Shown: positions 46,424 through 56,534 of the stretch, piece after piece
Position numbering within the stretch: the first letter of the stretch is position 1
Layout: the number at the start of each line of letters is the position of its first letter
From: a virus
Length of the DNA stretch: 64,000 bases
Reading direction: 5' to 3' (one strand)
IMG/VR virus record: IMGVR_UViG_3300022602_000058
Location: 26,085-90,084 of that record
Translations under genes and position numbers: made by a program
The notes under the pieces: generated by a model
Told to the model about the DNA's origin: nothing
The model's input: the letters and a program-made list of their open reading frames with translations, nothing else
The model's database searches: none

Positions 46424-49400
46424 TTAGTTAACCCAGGTTATTTTATTTAGTTTCGTATACACAGGTGCAGAATTTTGAAGCGTTTTTTGTATACGTTGTT
46501 CAATCTCACCCTGTAATCCTACATCGGTGATACCTGTATTACGTAAAATTACATTGTATTGTGTTGATTTAGCGCCAGGTACATCAGCTTTAAAGTATCT
46601 TTCTACTTCTTCAAGATAGCTTCTACGGCCACATGGTATATCAAAATGCAAATCTTTCATTACACCACTCTGACGTGCGTGCATTATAATATCATAATCA
46701 TTTAACGGCGTGTCGTATAGATAGAAATTCTTAATCTTTGCATTCTCCATCAAATAAAGATTTTTCTGAAGGTATTGGAACAAGGGTTTGGAGTTATTAA
46801 TATTTGATGAACCAATAAGGAACGGTCGATATATTAAATTACTAAAATGATATTTTCTTGGTGCGAATTGAATACTTTGTACTAATTGTGCGTCAATGAA
46901 TAGTGACATGTAGCCATTATAACTGTCAAAGCGAATTGCAAAATGATGATAACCGGGATCTAGAGCAGATAGATTATATACAATTTCATTCAGACTGATA
47001 TCTGATTTATCGTATAAGTTTGTTGTTACAGCTTTAATATTTAAATTTGATTTTGGATATACTCCTTGTACAAACTCGCGTAGATATGTTGTATTTGTTA
47101 ATACAGGTCTATTTGCTGTTTTTGTAAAATAAAATGTACTTGATAATTGGCTACCATTCGTATCATATACCAAGAATTGATATGCAGGTGTTGACGTAAG
47201 AGCAGTTACTGTATTTGATAGTGTCTGATAGGAGTATCCTGTGCGAGCAAAGAGTACATTGTTATAATATTGACCGTTATAAAACTCTGATATAAAACCA
47301 ATAGTGGAATTTGTAAAGGTATCTAAATTTTGCGTATATTGAATAGTGCCTTGATAACCGGAAAGAGGTGGATTTGTAAATACCACGTTGCTACCACTAA
47401 GGGTAAAATCAAATACCGGTCTAAATGGTGTATTGTTAATATTAACAATAAGATCTTGTGTAGCAAGTCCCGGTGCCGCTGTTATGGGGTATGTAGATGT
47501 ACTACCATTACCAGTCAATGTTACTGTAGTTGTTACAGGGGTATTTGATGTTAGTGTACCAGATAATAATAGCTGACTATTTTGTGTAAACTTATAGTAA
47601 TTATTGTTATTATTAATAATCCAAATATTACCATCGAAATCGATATTAAAATCACTTAATAATGTATTTTGGGTTGGTGATATTCTAAACGCGGTAATAG
47701 GTTGAGATACTGTACCGTTTTGGACGCTGCCAATATTCCAGCTAAACAGTGTTCTACCAGCATCACCGCGATAATAAATTGTATTGTTAATACGTTTAGC
47801 GTTATCGTTTGGTGTAAAAAAGAAATTACCATTGTAGAATGTAACCGAGCGAGATGATACTGGTGGTAGGGATTTACCAACTCCTGCCACATAACAATTA
47901 TTATATATGTTGGATGAAAGTACAGGTGTAACGGCGTTAGTAAATAAATTTGCTGATAATAATGTTGTCGTTGTCGTACCAGGGCATAAAATAAAAGCTA
48001 CTGTATCTGTATTAGTTGTAAATACAGTATTTGATAAATACGGTGAAAATGTTTGACGTAATAATTGGTTATTACACGTATACTGTCTTAGATAGCCATC
48101 ACTAAAAGCAACTGAATAATTTTCTACAAAGTTAGGACGAATAAATGCAAGCGCTGTTGTAGGATATGTTATAGTATCAATTTTGGTAAAATCAGTATTG
48201 AGTACATCAAGGCTAGATGTAGAATTGACAAATATTGTTGGTGTAATTATATTTTCATTAAAGATACCAAAACCGTCATTGAGTAAATTGCCAATAATTT
48301 GATTTGCAAACGGTGCGGACCAGTTTTGATTATACATATCAAAGCAAATAGTAAATTGACTTGAGTCTTGTATACCTGAAAGCGAATCTGTTATTGCATA
48401 TTGATTTCCATTAAAACTATATTCTTGAGCTGCATCTAAGCTTGGATATGCTATAGCGCCGTTTGTTGTAAAAAAGTTTGGAAAACCATTTTCAACAATA
48501 AATGGCTTAAAGATATTCAAATAATTTAATACGTCTGTAGGTCCGTAATGATGGTAGGCATAATATGCACCTGGTTCAAATGTAAGACTTGATGGTACAT
48601 CAATTACAACATCGGTATTGTTTACGCTAACTGATGCATCTATAAGACCTTCAAAAGATGTTGTATAGGTGACTGCTTTTAATGATCTGGTAGTAAGAGC
48701 AGCAAAAAATGATGTTTTTGATGGATTATAATATCTATCAACCCAAATTGGATATTCGGTTATGTCAGTACTACCCGATAACCAGCTACAGAGAAATGTA
48801 CCATTTACTTCGCCTGTTGTACTACCGAACGGTGATGTATGTTTTGCATCGGCTAATTTTTTAAAAATTTTATCCGACTTTACCGGGTGGTCACCTGCAA
48901 TAGCACCAGCCTCTATTAATCCAGAATCATTAATGTTTATTTGAAGGAATGGATATAAGGTCGGCGGTACATGAAAGTACGTTACCTTGTCACCCTTCAG
49001 TACGATATCTGTCGTATATGATTCATATCCAAGAGTAATATTATCATTGCCAAGTAATTGATTGGAGCCTGAAAATAATGATTTATAATCGCGCATCTGA
49101 ACATCACTCTCAGATAAGAACGGTGATTTATTAAACTGAAACGGATTATTTCTTGATTGATAATTTTCCGGCGTTGTAGTATTCTTTAAGGATACAGCAT
49201 TAACATCGAGTTGATTGCCTGTTAACGTTAAATATTGACTATGTAGAAGAATATTAGAATTAATATTTTGTGTAGACTTATCGATGTTAATATCTTGAGT
49301 GTTGGTCAAGAAATTTTGACCATAACTAACCCATGGGTCATATAATATTGTATTATTTGGTTCAACTGGACGTGATACACATGCAAGCACTGCTGTTGGC

Positions 49401-50083
49401 GGCCATGAAGGTACACCCGATACTGATGGAAACCCTGTCAATGTTTGAGTTAAAGCATCATAGCCAAAATAATGCGGAAAGTCTTGTAAATTCTTTGATA
49501 ATATAAAAAGATTAGTCTGTCTATTATAATCGTAATTAAAATATTGCGGACTCTGGTCACCAAGGTAGTCAGTACCTAGATCAAATGAAAAATATAAATT
49601 AAGATCTGCACCCATTGTGAGATACCTCACTATATTTGCATTAACGTGCTCAACTTTACAAAGTGTATCAGAGTGAAACTTTATAGTAAAGAAATATCTA
49701 TTATCCATGTTTGCCGATAAACCAGACATGGATAATGATGCTGTAGCAATGTTAGCTGCTGGTTCTTCAACAACAAGAAAATTAGAATCCGATGTCACGC
49801 CACCCGTGGCATTAGCTGCAAGATAGGTTGTGAGCCCATTATCGGGAATATAATTAAGATCCTGTATATAAGCAGCACTTATAAGAGGTACATTTTGTGT
49901 AAGGAACAAATTTGAATAATTATTGGTGGAACTATCATTTGCTTGCGATAAAACTTCAGAAAGAGGTAAGTCAACACCTTGTTCGGTATAAAAAACATTT
50001 TGATCAAATTGCAACAAACTATCCGGGCTATAATTGGCTGAAAGTCCTATATAGTTTGCTGAATTTAAAGTGACGACCTCCAT
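46424..50083 (-). CDS. Large virion protein with LamG/ConA-like domains
   Basis: GYHHFAIRFDS..MSLFIDAQLV..IKNFYLYDTPL; 1219 aa; TAAATA 5 nt upstream. Confidence 0.65.
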   Translation of the reverse strand: MEVVTLNSANYIGLSANYSPDSLLQFDQNVFYTEQGVDLPLSEVLSQANDSSTNNYSNLFLTQNVPLISAAYIQDLNYIPDNGLTTYLAANATGGVTSDSNFLVVEEPAANIATASLSMSGLSANMDNRYFFTIKFHSDTLCKVEHVNANIVRYLTMGADLNLYFSFDLGTDYLGDQSPQYFNYDYNRQTNLFILSKNLQDFPHYFGYDALTQTLTGFPSVSGVPSWPPTAVLACVSRPVEPNNTILYDPWVSYGQNFLTNTQDINIDKSTQNINSNILLHSQYLTLTGNQLDVNAVSLKNTTTPENYQSRNNPFQFNKSPFLSESDVQMRDYKSLFSGSNQLLGNDNITLGYESYTTDIVLKGDKVTYFHVPPTLYPFLQININDSGLIEAGAIAGDHPVKSDKIFKKLADAKHTSPFGSTTGEVNGTFLCSWLSGSTDITEYPIWVDRYYNPSKTSFFAALTTRSLKAVTYTTSFEGLIDASVSVNNTDVVIDVPSSLTFEPGAYYAYHHYGPTDVLNYLNIFKPFIVENGFPNFFTTNGAIAYPSLDAAQEYSFNGNQYAITDSLSGIQDSSQFTICFDMYNQNWSAPFANQIIGNLLNDGFGIFNENIITPTIFVNSTSSLDVLNTDFTKIDTITYPTTALAFIRPNFVENYSVAFSDGYLRQYTCNNQLLRQTFSPYLSNTVFTTNTDTVAFILCPGTTTTTLLSANLFTNAVTPVLSSNIYNNCYVAGVGKSLPPVSSRSVTFYNGNFFFTPNDNAKRINNTIYYRGDAGRTLFSWNIGSVQNGTVSQPITAFRISPTQNTLLSDFNIDFDGNIWIINNNNNYYKFTQNSQLLLSGTLTSNTPVTTTVTLTGNGSTSTYPITAAPGLATQDLIVNINNTPFRPVFDFTLSGSNVVFTNPPLSGYQGTIQYTQNLDTFTNSTIGFISEFYNGQYYNNVLFARTGYSYQTLSNTVTALTSTPAYQFLVYDTNGSQLSSTFYFTKTANRPVLTNTTYLREFVQGVYPKSNLNIKAVTTNLYDKSDISLNEIVYNLSALDPGYHHFAIRFDSYNGYMSLFIDAQLVQSIQFAPRKYHFSNLIYRPFLIGSSNINNSKPLFQYLQKNLYLMENAKIKNFYLYDTPLNDYDIIMHARQSGVMKDLHFDIPCGRRSYLEEVERYFKADVPGAKSTQYNVILRNTGITDVGLQGEIEQRIQKTLQNSAPVYTKLNKITWVN

Positions 50084-50113
50084 GTCTTTATTTATCTAGA
50101 ACTAAAACGGACG

Positions 50114-51847
50114 CTAGTTCGTTTGTAATGTTAAATTCCACTTATTAACAAGATAATTCTGTACTAACGCTATTTCATCCGGTGTAAGAGGCTTGTTAAA
50201 TATCATGAATTCAGAGATTTCTGTATCAGTTAAGTAACTATTATAGTATGCATCACTTGTACCGAGAAGCCCAAATACAAGTCCATCATTACCTCCTCCC
50301 CCAATTGTACCTGTATCATATGTACCAGGGGCTACGTACTGCCCATAAACTGGGTTAGTACCGCCGGAGAGGAAAGAACTTAATGTTGATGTATAGAGGT
50401 TCAGGAAATTAACAGGAGGTGTTACAGTATTATCTCGTTTAATAATAGCTGTATCAGCGGTAAAATATGCTGTAGCATTTTCATTACCGCTTATGGTTAC
50501 AGAAAATAAACTGTATGTAGCTAGATTTTGTGAAATTGGCCCGGTAGTAACAGGCTGATAGATACCATTACTTGCATCAAATGCGCTTGTACTAAAGTAA
50601 AAGCTCGTATCACCTTGTTCTACGACAACAGAAGCGTTATTTGTAACACCAGAAGGTGATTGAAGAGATACATTAACATACGGGAGATAGTTCAAGCCAT
50701 CACCCTGACTATTTCGTACCTGTTCATCAGTATTTAAATCGTACGCAAATAAAGTATCATGTGTACCAATTTGATTTATCTTCATTACTGCAAAAACAGT
50801 AAATCCTGGTACACTACCAGTACGATTATAAAAAATACTATCAATATAATTTGGCCCACCGACCGGTAGAGCATACAAGTACTGATTATTTATCACATTA
50901 CCCTGACCGGCAGCGCGAAAACGTACACACTTTCTTTTTGATTGGCTGTTAGCCGGGTATTCAAAAATAGGAGACTGCGAACCATCATTTGCATTACAGA
51001 AATAATTATTTCCATAGACACTCTTATCGTACCATAAAAAGACACGTCCAAATGAATCTTTACTAATTGTTGTTTCATCTGAAGCATCCAACCAAGTAAT
51101 TAAATTATACGCTGGTATAGATACATTTGGATCAAACGGGTATATGGTCGGATAGTTAGTATCAACAGTGCTTAGAACGCGTGCGACTGTGAGATACGCA
51201 GGATTTTCTAATTCAAATATATTTTGTGTTTCGGTAGTAGATAGCTGTGGAGTATTACTTATGAGATGAATATCATCAAAATCATAGATTGAACTAGGTA
51301 CGGATGATAGACTAATATTGTAAATCCAGCGAGTGAGATTACTGTAAAATGCTGTAACCGATGGATTAAAAGTTGTTATAGTAGAATTACTCAACGGAAA
51401 ATAATTATGAGTAATAGATGTACCAGCTGGAGTGCTTGCAGAGGCTGGTTGACCTTGTGTTGTTGCTTGTAAGCTTAGAGTATTACCTACAACTAGGTCC
51501 TGTGTACCATCGCCGAAATTATATACTATTTTTAATAATGGAACGTTTGAACTATAAAGATCACTAGGATCAAATGTAATTGAATACGGTCCTTTAAGAA
51601 GACCAAGTGAAATATCCGTTACAAAGTCTCTTACAAGATATCCCCACGGGGTATAATCTGTATCATCAGCTGTTGCAGTAGGTAGACCTGTGCTATAATT
51701 GTAATCTGAACCATCATCTGTCGACAGATATGTATAATTGGTACCGTAAGGATCGTTTTGTGTTGTATTCCAAATCTGTCCACCATCTAAGACTTGTGGT
51801 ATACCATACAATGCATTACCGCTTAATATTACCGTAAGAGATTTCAC
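50114..51847 (-). CDS. Virion protein with PKD-like and LamG-like domains
   Basis: YNFGDGT; LITWLDASD..WYDKS; ISEFMIFNKPLT..VQNYLVNKWNL. Confidence 0.7.
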   Translation of the reverse strand: MKSLTVILSGNALYGIPQVLDGGQIWNTTQNDPYGTNYTYLSTDDGSDYNYSTGLPTATADDTDYTPWGYLVRDFVTDISLGLLKGPYSITFDPSDLYSSNVPLLKIVYNFGDGTQDLVVGNTLSLQATTQGQPASASTPAGTSITHNYFPLSNSTITTFNPSVTAFYSNLTRWIYNISLSSVPSSIYDFDDIHLISNTPQLSTTETQNIFELENPAYLTVARVLSTVDTNYPTIYPFDPNVSIPAYNLITWLDASDETTISKDSFGRVFLWYDKSVYGNNYFCNANDGSQSPIFEYPANSQSKRKCVRFRAAGQGNVINNQYLYALPVGGPNYIDSIFYNRTGSVPGFTVFAVMKINQIGTHDTLFAYDLNTDEQVRNSQGDGLNYLPYVNVSLQSPSGVTNNASVVVEQGDTSFYFSTSAFDASNGIYQPVTTGPISQNLATYSLFSVTISGNENATAYFTADTAIIKRDNTVTPPVNFLNLYTSTLSSFLSGGTNPVYGQYVAPGTYDTGTIGGGGNDGLVFGLLGTSDAYYNSYLTDTEISEFMIFNKPLTPDEIALVQNYLVNKWNLTLQTN

Positions 51848-51892
51848 TATTAATTACTTATTAAAGTAATACAGAGCTACAAGTCTTTAATT

Positions 51893-52312
51893 TTACATGA
51901 AAAACACATAAACATCATCACCTACAATAGAAGTTGACATATGTTTAAATCCAAACTTTGATTCGTTAATACCCTTTACAAAGTCCGGCCATTCCTTAAT
52001 AGATGTTTTAGCCACTTTTCCTGAAATATCTGCAGGTAAAACTTTATTGAAGATTGCTTCAATATGTTGTAGTATATTACTTTTAATTGCAAAATCATAT
52101 AATAGTGATCCAACATCTTGCTTATGTATTGATACGTATGTGGATATTACGTTTCTACAACTACAATTTGCATTAGATGAGGCACTTTCAATATCTGCAG
52201 CAATAGAAGGTGCAGCTTCCTTAAAAAGTGCTTTAAAACCAGAGTCAATAGTTATTACTTGTAATATAACATTACCTAATAACGTTGAATCTATAAAATC
52301 CTGCTTTGTCAT
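51893..52312 (-). CDS. Hypothetical protein (CxC)
   Basis: 139 aa; NANCSCRN. Confidence 0.6.
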   Translation of the reverse strand: MTKQDFIDSTLLGNVILQVITIDSGFKALFKEAAPSIAADIESASSNANCSCRNVISTYVSIHKQDVGSLLYDFAIKSNILQHIEAIFNKVLPADISGKVAKTSIKEWPDFVKGINESKFGFKHMSTSIVGDDVYVFFM

Positions 52313-52315
52313 ATA

Positions 52316-52627
52316 TTAATTTATAAAATTAACTGACTGTGTTCCAGTTTTTTTCTTATAAAGAAAAGCTGCAAATAAATGAGCTACAAGCCCACAAAAA
52401 ATATTTGTAAGAAGTGGAATTTTAATATCTAGATATATTGGATTATATAAAAATGATGTAAGCAGTCCAAACCAAAATGACGCACATTCCGGGCATTGTA
52501 ACGGTACTCTTATATAAGGAATATATGAAATCTTATTACGTACCGGTTTAAAGATATCAGAAAAACTATACATATATGATACGCTTAAGCTTAAGCATAT
52601 AAAATATAGTAAATTTAAAAAATACAT
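52316..52627 (-). CDS. Membrane protein with CxxC (DUF1360-like)
   Basis: Three hydrophobic segments; LQCPECASFW. Confidence 0.6.
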   Translation of the reverse strand: MYFLNLLYFICLSLSVSYMYSFSDIFKPVRNKISYIPYIRVPLQCPECASFWFGLLTSFLYNPIYLDIKIPLLTNIFCGLVAHLFAAFLYKKKTGTQSVNFIN

Positions 52628-53028
52628 TATACCACAAATTTAACCTGCCCGGTAGGTGTCGAAATAACAGCAGGTGTACCTGGATTTGGTGACGAAACAA
52701 CCACAGAGAAGGTACTGTACGGTAATGCTTCAGGTGTCAACGATACTGTAACAGGTATATTGAGACTGTCATTAGCTGCTGCAATTATATTGCTATAGTC
52801 AGTAGATTCGGTTGCGATTATTTTCTGAACAACTGGGTATATAAGCTTTGCAACCTGTGTATTAAAATCTTGAGTTGGATCAAATATTGATAAATCGTAA
52901 CTATACGCAGGATATTGATCTGGAGCATTTTTAAATAATGGTGAATGTGGTCTAATAACAATTTGACCTGTTTCCTCATTAATTGAATCAATAATAAAGC
53001 TTACATCTGCTACAGAAGGGGTACTCAT
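52627..53028 (-). CDS. Hypothetical protein (possible fibre assembly factor)
   Basis: 133 aa ORF directly downstream of the adhesin-like gene. Confidence 0.55.
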   Translation of the reverse strand: MSTPSVADVSFIIDSINEETGQIVIRPHSPLFKNAPDQYPAYSYDLSIFDPTQDFNTQVAKLIYPVVQKIIATESTDYSNIIAAANDSLNIPVTVSLTPEALPYSTFSVVVSSPNPGTPAVISTPTGQVKFVV

Positions 53029-53040
53029 AATATATGTTAT

Positions 53041-53907
53041 TTATTTCAGAAGTCCTAAAACGCTACCTGTATTCGTAAAGCTTGCAACATAGATCGTACC
53101 ATCTAAATAGTACCCCGGTGATCCACCCTTTCCACCGGCACTAGTATATCCTCTCTGACCGGCCTGACCATTAGAACCCGGTCCACCAAAAGTACCACCT
53201 TGACCACCGTACCCGCCGTAATTAACACCGGGATTTATCGCACCTGCAGCTTGATTATATCCTTGACCAAGACTACCAGCTGATCCATTAGCATCTAAAC
53301 TTCCACCATAGAAACATTGATATGATGGGTTAACCCCTGGGCAAAAAGCACACGCACAGCAATTCTGCCCACCGCACCCACCACATGAATCACCACCACA
53401 GCTTCCACCGCCACCGCCACCGCCGCCGCCGCTGTAAATATTTCCCGTATTAATTATTGTACAAACATTTTGTAATAAAATTACATCACCACCATTACCA
53501 CCAGCGCTACCTGCAGTCTGTGATAAAGGTGTACAGCAGCCACCAGCACCACAACAACCTGTATACGCACACCCCGACACGCCACCGGCACCACCACGTA
53601 CACCACCGGCACCCTGCAAAGAACCATTATTTGTGAGTGTAATTCTATCTCTGGTTGGATGAAAATTTGCTATAGTAATTACAGGCTTAGTAGGATCAGA
53701 TGAACCCACAACAACGCCGTTATTAATAATTATGCGTAGGTTTAAACTAGCATTTACACTTTTGATTATATTTTGACTAATGAGATACGATCTTATATCA
53801 AAAGCTTTGCCTGGTTGTAGAGTTGTAGTATCAACACTACTTGTAAATGTGTATGTTATAGTTGCACCAGAATCAGCTGTTGTACCAATAATGTTAGGAA
53901 TTGACAT
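53041..53907 (-). CDS. Gly-rich, Cys-rich receptor-binding adhesin (gp38-like)
   Basis: IIINNGVVVGS, LTNNGSLQGAGG, NTGNIYSGGGGGGGGG; polyglycine motifs separated by variable loops. Confidence 0.7.
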   Translation of the reverse strand: MSIPNIIGTTADSGATITYTFTSSVDTTTLQPGKAFDIRSYLISQNIIKSVNASLNLRIIINNGVVVGSSDPTKPVITIANFHPTRDRITLTNNGSLQGAGGVRGGAGGVSGCAYTGCCGAGGCCTPLSQTAGSAGGNGGDVILLQNVCTIINTGNIYSGGGGGGGGGSCGGDSCGGCGGQNCCACAFCPGVNPSYQCFYGGSLDANGSAGSLGQGYNQAAGAINPGVNYGGYGGQGGTFGGPGSNGQAGQRGYTSAGGKGGSPGYYLDGTIYVASFTNTGSVLGLLK

Positions 53908-53914
53908 AAGAATT

Positions 53915-56491
53915 TTATGCTAAATCACCGAATAATACCCAACCGAATGTGCTATTCCACGTTAAAGTGGCAGCAGAGTATCTAGCTGATAATTTAGTTA
54001 GACTATAAGCCTGATTAATAGTACCGCCGGTGAATGTAACATCTCCTGTATTTGTTCTAATAATAGTTACCTGAAAACCGTTTCTCACTGTAGCACCAGC
54101 GATCGTAACATTATGTGCTGCAGTACTATTCATATAAATTGTACCACCACAATCACTATCAAGAACAGTGTAATCAGCATCTGTAACAGTCTTTGTTGGA
54201 GCCCCCGCAGATGTCGTACCACTAGAATTAATATTACCAGTTGCATTAATACTACCACTAGAATTAATATTACCAGTTGCATTAATACTACCACTAGAAT
54301 TAATATTACCAGTTGCATTAATACTACCATTAACGTCTAAGGCTTGTGCAGGATTTGTGTTATTAATACCGACACGATTGTTGGTATTACTATCAACGTA
54401 TAATGTTGTTGTAGACCCTGCATTATTCTGAAAGAATGTTCCGCCACCTGTAGGCGGTCTAAGAGCTAAATTACTACCATCACCATAATAATATCCTGTA
54501 CCACCGACAATGACTCTACCACCATCGACTTGTATGTTACCATTAACTTCTAATTTCTGTGCTGGGCTAGGTGTACCGATACCCACATTGCCATTTGAGG
54601 CAATACGCATACGTTCTAAACTATTTACACCATCCCAGAAATAAAGATTATTATCACCTGCTGCGCCTATATCCGTACCTATTTCAAAAGATGGATTATA
54701 ATTTTTTTGGAATTGAATTGTATTTTTCCACTGACTACCGATTGTATTATTTAGATATAATATTGGTTGACCGCTATTTCTAATTACACCATTACCAACA
54801 ACCTCAAGAGATTGACTAGGTGATAGCGTACCTACACCAACATTACCGTTACTTGATATGTACATTGCACTTAGTTGAGGATTACCTACTGTAAATAATG
54901 TATTACCGTTTGAAACAACGTTAAGTAGTGCAGGTGATATACCAAATCCGTAACTACCAACACTAGTTCCTGAATCAAATAAACGAATTGTGTTTGTCTG
55001 ACCAGGTGCACCAACAGTCGATGTACCAAAGGAAAGTGGCGCACCAGGTGTAGTTGTACCAATACCTACATTGCCACCACTTGTATATGATAATACATTA
55101 CCAGCGGTATTATCATATAAATTAGTAACATCGCCGTTTCTATAGAAAGCACTAGAACGTCCATTTCCGTTTCTATCATAGGCTGTAAAGCTACCATTTG
55201 TACTACAAGCATTAAATCCATTATTTGCTGCTATACTGCCACCTGCTGTTATACTACCTGGTGCACTTAAATTATTAACGTACGTGTAGTTAACTTGTGA
55301 TGCACTTAAATTTGATCCAAGAATAAAGGTATTTTGGTATCCTTTAGTATCATTAGCAGATCCACCTGCAACAAATGAATAATTGCTAGAAGCAGTATTG
55401 CATAAGCCACCAGTAACAACAGAGCGTACACCAGAAGCTGTATTACATTTTCCACCACCAATAAACGCACTACTATTACTTGCAACATTTGTATAACCTG
55501 CTGCAATAGCAGCATTATATCCACTAGCAATATTTGCCGTACCACCACCAATAGAAGCACCGTAACCTGATGCTGTATTACAAACGCCACCAGCAACATT
55601 TGAATAAAAACTTGTAGCACGGTTACTGAAACCACCTGTAACGTTACTATAGTTACCAGATGCTGTGTTGCAGGTACCTCCTAAAACACTTGAATAATAT
55701 CCTGAAGCAGTATTAAAATTACCGCCACCGACATTAGAGGCTGAGCCTGTTGCAGTATTGGTACCATGTGCTGGTATAATTGATGAAACAGGGGCATTGT
55801 ATGTATAGGTAAGATATGAAAAGGAACTAACAACATTATAGGCAGTTTGCCAGTTACCACTATTAGCGGACATCGTTGAATATGTACTCTGCCAAATACC
55901 ACTATTGGCTGTAAGATTAGAATAAGAATTTGTCCATGCAGCGCTATTTGATGTAAGGTTTAAATAACTACTCGTCCAACTAGCACTATTAGCTAGGGAA
56001 TTAACATAAACACTATTCCATTGATCACTATTACCTGCACTTGTAAAGACAGAATTTGTCGAAGAAAGATTATTTACTAATGTAAAACCTGTTATTGATG
56101 CGGTAATATTTGAACCAAGAATAAACGAATTATTACCTGTTAATGTATTATTAATACCACCAAGGATTCCAGAATAATTACTAGATAGATAAATGGTATT
56201 TGTACCGATATTATACGCCGGTATTGCTATTGTCGTAGTACCAGGAACTAGAATGAGTGGGTAGGAGCTAACAGGGTTATTAAGAGTAAAAACAGGTGTT
56301 GATGGCCATAGACTATCATTAATCTTTGGACCATAATATAAACCTGTATTTGAATCTACATAAAAATCTGCTGATAGTCCAAGAAAATTACTTGGAGGGC
56401 CTGCTGAAACATATATAATACTACCTCTATTACCTGTACATAAAGCGGTAATGGCTGGGACGTTTAGTGAAAGTGTAGCTGCAATGGCCAT
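53915..56491 (-). CDS. Long tail fibre with beta-roll (GGxxNTASG) and GNVGIGT repeats
   Basis: About ten 15-aa GG..N(T/I/V)AS repeats; ANS..W heptad repeats; GNVG(I/V)GT modules. Confidence 0.8.
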   Translation of the reverse strand: MAIAATLSLNVPAITALCTGNRGSIIYVSAGPPSNFLGLSADFYVDSNTGLYYGPKINDSLWPSTPVFTLNNPVSSYPLILVPGTTTIAIPAYNIGTNTIYLSSNYSGILGGINNTLTGNNSFILGSNITASITGFTLVNNLSSTNSVFTSAGNSDQWNSVYVNSLANSASWTSSYLNLTSNSAAWTNSYSNLTANSGIWQSTYSTMSANSGNWQTAYNVVSSFSYLTYTYNAPVSSIIPAHGTNTATGSASNVGGGNFNTASGYYSSVLGGTCNTASGNYSNVTGGFSNRATSFYSNVAGGVCNTASGYGASIGGGTANIASGYNAAIAAGYTNVASNSSAFIGGGKCNTASGVRSVVTGGLCNTASSNYSFVAGGSANDTKGYQNTFILGSNLSASQVNYTYVNNLSAPGSITAGGSIAANNGFNACSTNGSFTAYDRNGNGRSSAFYRNGDVTNLYDNTAGNVLSYTSGGNVGIGTTTPGAPLSFGTSTVGAPGQTNTIRLFDSGTSVGSYGFGISPALLNVVSNGNTLFTVGNPQLSAMYISSNGNVGVGTLSPSQSLEVVGNGVIRNSGQPILYLNNTIGSQWKNTIQFQKNYNPSFEIGTDIGAAGDNNLYFWDGVNSLERMRIASNGNVGIGTPSPAQKLEVNGNIQVDGGRVIVGGTGYYYGDGSNLALRPPTGGGTFFQNNAGSTTTLYVDSNTNNRVGINNTNPAQALDVNGSINATGNINSSGSINATGNINSSGSINATGNINSSGTTSAGAPTKTVTDADYTVLDSDCGGTIYMNSTAAHNVTIAGATVRNGFQVTIIRTNTGDVTFTGGTINQAYSLTKLSARYSAATLTWNSTFGWVLFGDLA
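54217..54329. repeat. Perfect 36-nt tandem repeat x3 (encodes GSINATGNINSS)
   Basis: Unit TACCACTAGAATTAATATTACCAGTTGCATTAATAC at 54217, 54253 and 54289. Confidence 0.95.
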
Positions 56492-56534
56492 GTCTATGAT
56501 TATTTATTCCTTAGTATTTGTTTTTTAAACAATA

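Noticed and set aside
54217-54329. 36-nt repeats as a CRISPR array
   Set aside because: Head-to-tail with no spacers, and in frame within a fibre gene
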